DNA of 56,390 bases from Actinomycetota bacterium (GTDB taxonomy: Bacteria; Actinomycetota; Acidimicrobiia; Acidimicrobiales; SZUA-35), in assembly GCA_039029335.1 (NCBI GenBank), contig JBCCGJ010000002.1:1-56390 (forward strand), read 5' to 3'. The first letter of the stretch is position 1. Every line of letters starts with the position of its first letter. The position numbers and the translations under genes were made by a program. This document shows, piece after piece, positions 54,045 to 56,390 of the stretch. The notes under the pieces were generated by a model that had not been told where the DNA came from, did not search any database, and saw nothing but the letters and a program-made list of their open reading frames with translations.

Positions 54045-56092
54045 TCGGCCATCACCTCGACCAGGGCCGGGCCGGGGTGGGCCAGCGCGGTGCTGATGCT
54101 CTGGTCCAGCTCCGCCGGGTCGGTCACCCGGATTCCCCTGGCGCCGCAGAGTTCGGCGAAGGCCGCAAAGTCCGGGTTGTGCAGCGACGTCTGCCACACC
54201 TCCCACTTGGCTGCCCGCTGCTCCTTGGAGATCTTGCCGAGTTCGCCGTTGTTCAGCAGCACGTGGGTCAGGTTCATGCCGTACTTCACCGCGGTGGTCA
54301 GCTCCATGGCGTACTGGCCGAAGCCGCCGTCGCCGCTGACGCTGACCACCGGCCGGGTGTCACCGACCGCGGCCCACGCCCCCATGGCTGCGGGAAAGCT
54401 GAAACCGATGGAACCGAGGTAGCCGGACATCAACAGATCCTGGTTGCCGGACACCTCGAAGTATCGGCCGAAGGAGTAGGTGTTGTTGCCGACGTCGACG
54501 GCCAGCACCGCATTGTCGGGGACCAGTCGGGTGAGTGCGGCCATGACCGCAGCAGAACCGATGCCCTGGCCGGCGTCATCTGCGAGTCTGCGAGCCTTCT
54601 CCGCCTGCCAGATCTCCTGCCGCTCGGCGATTTCGTCACGAATCGAGGGGGCGGCAGTGACGGTGCGGCCGTCGAGGCGCTCGAGCAGTTGTACCGCCGT
54701 GACCCCGACGTGGCCTTGGATCGGTAGCTCGACGGGGTGGAAGCGGCCGAGGGACATCGGGTCGTAGTCGACCTGAATGAGTGGTTTGTAGTCGGCGATG
54801 CCGGTGTGGTTGGCGAAGCTGGCGCCGAAGACCAGGACGAGGTCGCTCTCGTTCATGAACCAGCTGGCGACCGGAGTCCCCGATCGGCCCATCACCCCAC
54901 ACCCCAGCGGGTGCCCATCGGCGATGAGGCCTTTTGCTTTGAACGTGGTGGCGACCGGTGCGTTCAGCCGGTCGGCGAGGGCGGTGACCTCCTCCATCTG
55001 ACCTCGGGCGCCGTTGCCGACGATGATCATCGGCCGGCTGGCGGCCGTCAGCATCTCGACGGCTCGGGTCAGGTCCGCATCTGATGGACTGATCAGGCGG
55101 GAGCCGACGCGGCCGCTCGGTCCTCCGGCCGGGGTGCCCTCCGCCACCGGTTGGTGCTGGACCTCGTCCGGCAGGATCAGATGAGCGACGTCGCGTTCGA
55201 CGATTGCGGTTTTCATGGCGAGGGTTGCCAGCTCAGCGTGGTTCGAGCCGGTGTTCACCGTCTCGCTGAACCGGGCGACCCCGGCGAACGCCGCCTCCAA
55301 GTCGGTGTCTTGGAATGCACCTCGACCCCGGACGTTTGATGGCACCTGGCCGGAGATGGCCAGGACCGGCGCCCGGTCCTCTTTTGCGTCGTACAGGCCG
55401 GTGAGGAGGTTGGTGGATCCGGGGCCGGCGATGCCGAAACAGCCGGCCGGCACGCCGGTGAGCTTGCCGTATGCGGTCGCGGCGAATGCCGCTGCGCCCT
55501 CGTGGCGGATGCCGATGTAGGTCAGGTCTCCTCGGGCCTCGGCTTTGCGCATGGCGTCGGCGAATCCAAGGTTGGAGTGGCCGACCATGCCGAACACGTG
55601 GGTGAGGCCCCAGTTTGTCAGCGTCTCCACCAGCACGTCGGACACGGTGCGGACCGGTTCCGGTTCCGGCGGGATGGAGGCGTAGACACCGTCGTCGCGG
55701 ACCTCGGTGGCGAAGCAGTCCGGTGCGTCGGAGAACCCGGATGGTGGTTGCCCGTTGATGGGGGAGTAGTCGTACCCGTGCCATGGGCAGCGAAGCCAGC
55801 CCTTCTCGATCGACCCTTCACCAAGCGGTCCGCCCTGGTGGGGGCATGCGTTGTCGATGCAGCCGAACTGACCGTTGTGGTGGCTGACCGCGAAGGTCCT
55901 GGTGCCGATGGCGACGGTCTTCACCCGACCCTCCTCCAGTTCACCGATGGTGAGGATCCGATGCCACCGGTTGCGCTCGTCCGGGGACGGGGCGTCGGTG
56001 GACGGGGTGGGGCTGTCGCTTCTGCCGTAGTCGGTTGCGGTGCTTTCCGCGGTTGCGGTGCTGTCGTCGGTTGCGGTGCTGTCCTCGGCCAT
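54029..56092 (-). CDS. Rieske [2Fe-2S] domain fused to a ThDP-dependent enzyme (acetolactate synthase / pyruvate oxidase superfamily)
   Basis: CPHQGGPL-x14-CPWHGYDY (CxH...CxxH). Then GMVGHSNLGFADA / GPGSTNLLTGL (Pyr domain) and SGDGGFGQY...LLNNGELG (GDG-x-NN ThDP motif). The N-terminal tail has STATDD/STATAE/STATDY repeats. Confidence 0.85.
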   Translation of the reverse strand: MAEDSTATDDSTATAESTATDYGRSDSPTPSTDAPSPDERNRWHRILTIGELEEGRVKTVAIGTRTFAVSHHNGQFGCIDNACPHQGGPLGEGSIEKGWLRCPWHGYDYSPINGQPPSGFSDAPDCFATEVRDDGVYASIPPEPEPVRTVSDVLVETLTNWGLTHVFGMVGHSNLGFADAMRKAEARGDLTYIGIRHEGAAAFAATAYGKLTGVPAGCFGIAGPGSTNLLTGLYDAKEDRAPVLAISGQVPSNVRGRGAFQDTDLEAAFAGVARFSETVNTGSNHAELATLAMKTAIVERDVAHLILPDEVQHQPVAEGTPAGGPSGRVGSRLISPSDADLTRAVEMLTAASRPMIIVGNGARGQMEEVTALADRLNAPVATTFKAKGLIADGHPLGCGVMGRSGTPVASWFMNESDLVLVFGASFANHTGIADYKPLIQVDYDPMSLGRFHPVELPIQGHVGVTAVQLLERLDGRTVTAAPSIRDEIAERQEIWQAEKARRLADDAGQGIGSAAVMAALTRLVPDNAVLAVDVGNNTYSFGRYFEVSGNQDLLMSGYLGSIGFSFPAAMGAWAAVGDTRPVVSVSGDGGFGQYAMELTTAVKYGMNLTHVLLNNGELGKISKEQRAAKWEVWQTSLHNPDFAAFAELCGARGIRVTDPAELDQSISTALAHPGPALVEVMADALLV

Positions 56093-56390
56093 GTTTCAGT
56101 CCTCTCCGAGCAGCGGGATGACGGCGGCAGGAAACCCGCCCGTGGCGATCGGTCCCCGACTGGGACGAATACCGAGCCGCCATGATCCGCCAAGGCAAGT
56201 GCCTGATCAGCATCGACATCGACCGGTGGGGACCGATCGCCACGGGCGGGTTTCCTGCCGCCGTCATCCCGCTGCTCGGAGAGGACTGAACCATGGCCGA
56301 GGACAGCACCGCAACCGACGACAGCACCGCAACCGCGGAAAGCACCGCAACCGACTACGGCAGAAGCGACAGCCCCACCCCGTCCACCGA
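55995..56390. repeat. large inverted repeat (arms 55995-56157 and 56228-56390, 70-nt spacer), truncated by the window edge
   Basis: By hand comparison the reverse complement of 56228-56390 equals 55995-56157 except at one position (56094 t versus the complement of 56291). Confidence 0.9.
56293..56390 (+). CDS. 5' end of a second, divergently oriented copy of the Rieske::ThDP gene (partial)
   Basis: ATG 56293 followed by MAEDSTATDDSTATAESTATDYGRSDSPTPSTD, identical to the N-terminus of the 54029-56092 product. Confidence 0.6.
   Translation, partial: MAEDSTATDDSTATAESTATDYGRSDSPTPST

Overview
Very GC-rich window with Actinomycetota-like coding style, including many 4-nt ATGA/GTGA stop-start overlaps. 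GC content was judged by eye, not computed. I count about 45 protein-coding genes and found no rRNA, tRNA, CRISPR array, integrase or transposase. All coordinates were counted by hand and all family calls come from motifs read in the translations; no database was searched.

Gene order, left to right:
- 0-3.6 kb: a secreted parallel-beta-helix protein with five near-identical C-terminal repeats, followed by a low-complexity membrane-anchored protein.
- 3.6-9.5 kb: an MsbA-type ABC exporter, an amidase and two family-III CoA-transferases.
- 9.6-25.8 kb, glycan island part 1: an ABC-2 exporter (ATPase plus two permeases), acyltransferase-3, an O-antigen-ligase/Wzy-like protein, a sulfotransferase on the opposite strand and a Wzx-like flippase. 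These are followed by an eight-gene translationally coupled operon: GNT-I-like GT-A, nucleoside-phosphorylase-fold protein, two GT4, Pol-beta-NTase-like protein, two SAM methyltransferases and a cobalamin-type radical SAM enzyme.
- 25.9-34.5 kb: nitroreductase, LemA plus M48 peptidase, class-V aminotransferase, acyl-CoA synthetase and a Baeyer-Villiger monooxygenase.
- 34.6-43.5 kb, glycan island part 2: an unknown protein, two GT4, a GT2, an APH-fold kinase and Wzm/Wzt with a Wzt C-terminal extension.
- 43.6-49.4 kb: a 2-oxoacid dehydrogenase operon (E1a-E1b-E2-E3) with a divergent Lrp/AsnC regulator.
- 49.4-56.4 kb: cobQ, an MBL hydrolase, an unknown protein, a Zn-ADH and a Rieske::ThDP-enzyme fusion gene.

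Most noteworthy signals:
1. A 66-nt hairpin element occurs twice in inverted orientation (12314-12379 and 17069-17134). Each copy lies about 90-106 nt upstream of an operon, and all six differences between the copies fall outside the stems.
2. The eight-gene operon has an unusual enzyme combination.
3. The second glycan locus has a WbdD/Wzt-like logic.
4. The Rieske::ThDP gene's 5' end is repeated as a 163-bp (162/163 identical) inverted copy that runs off the right window edge.
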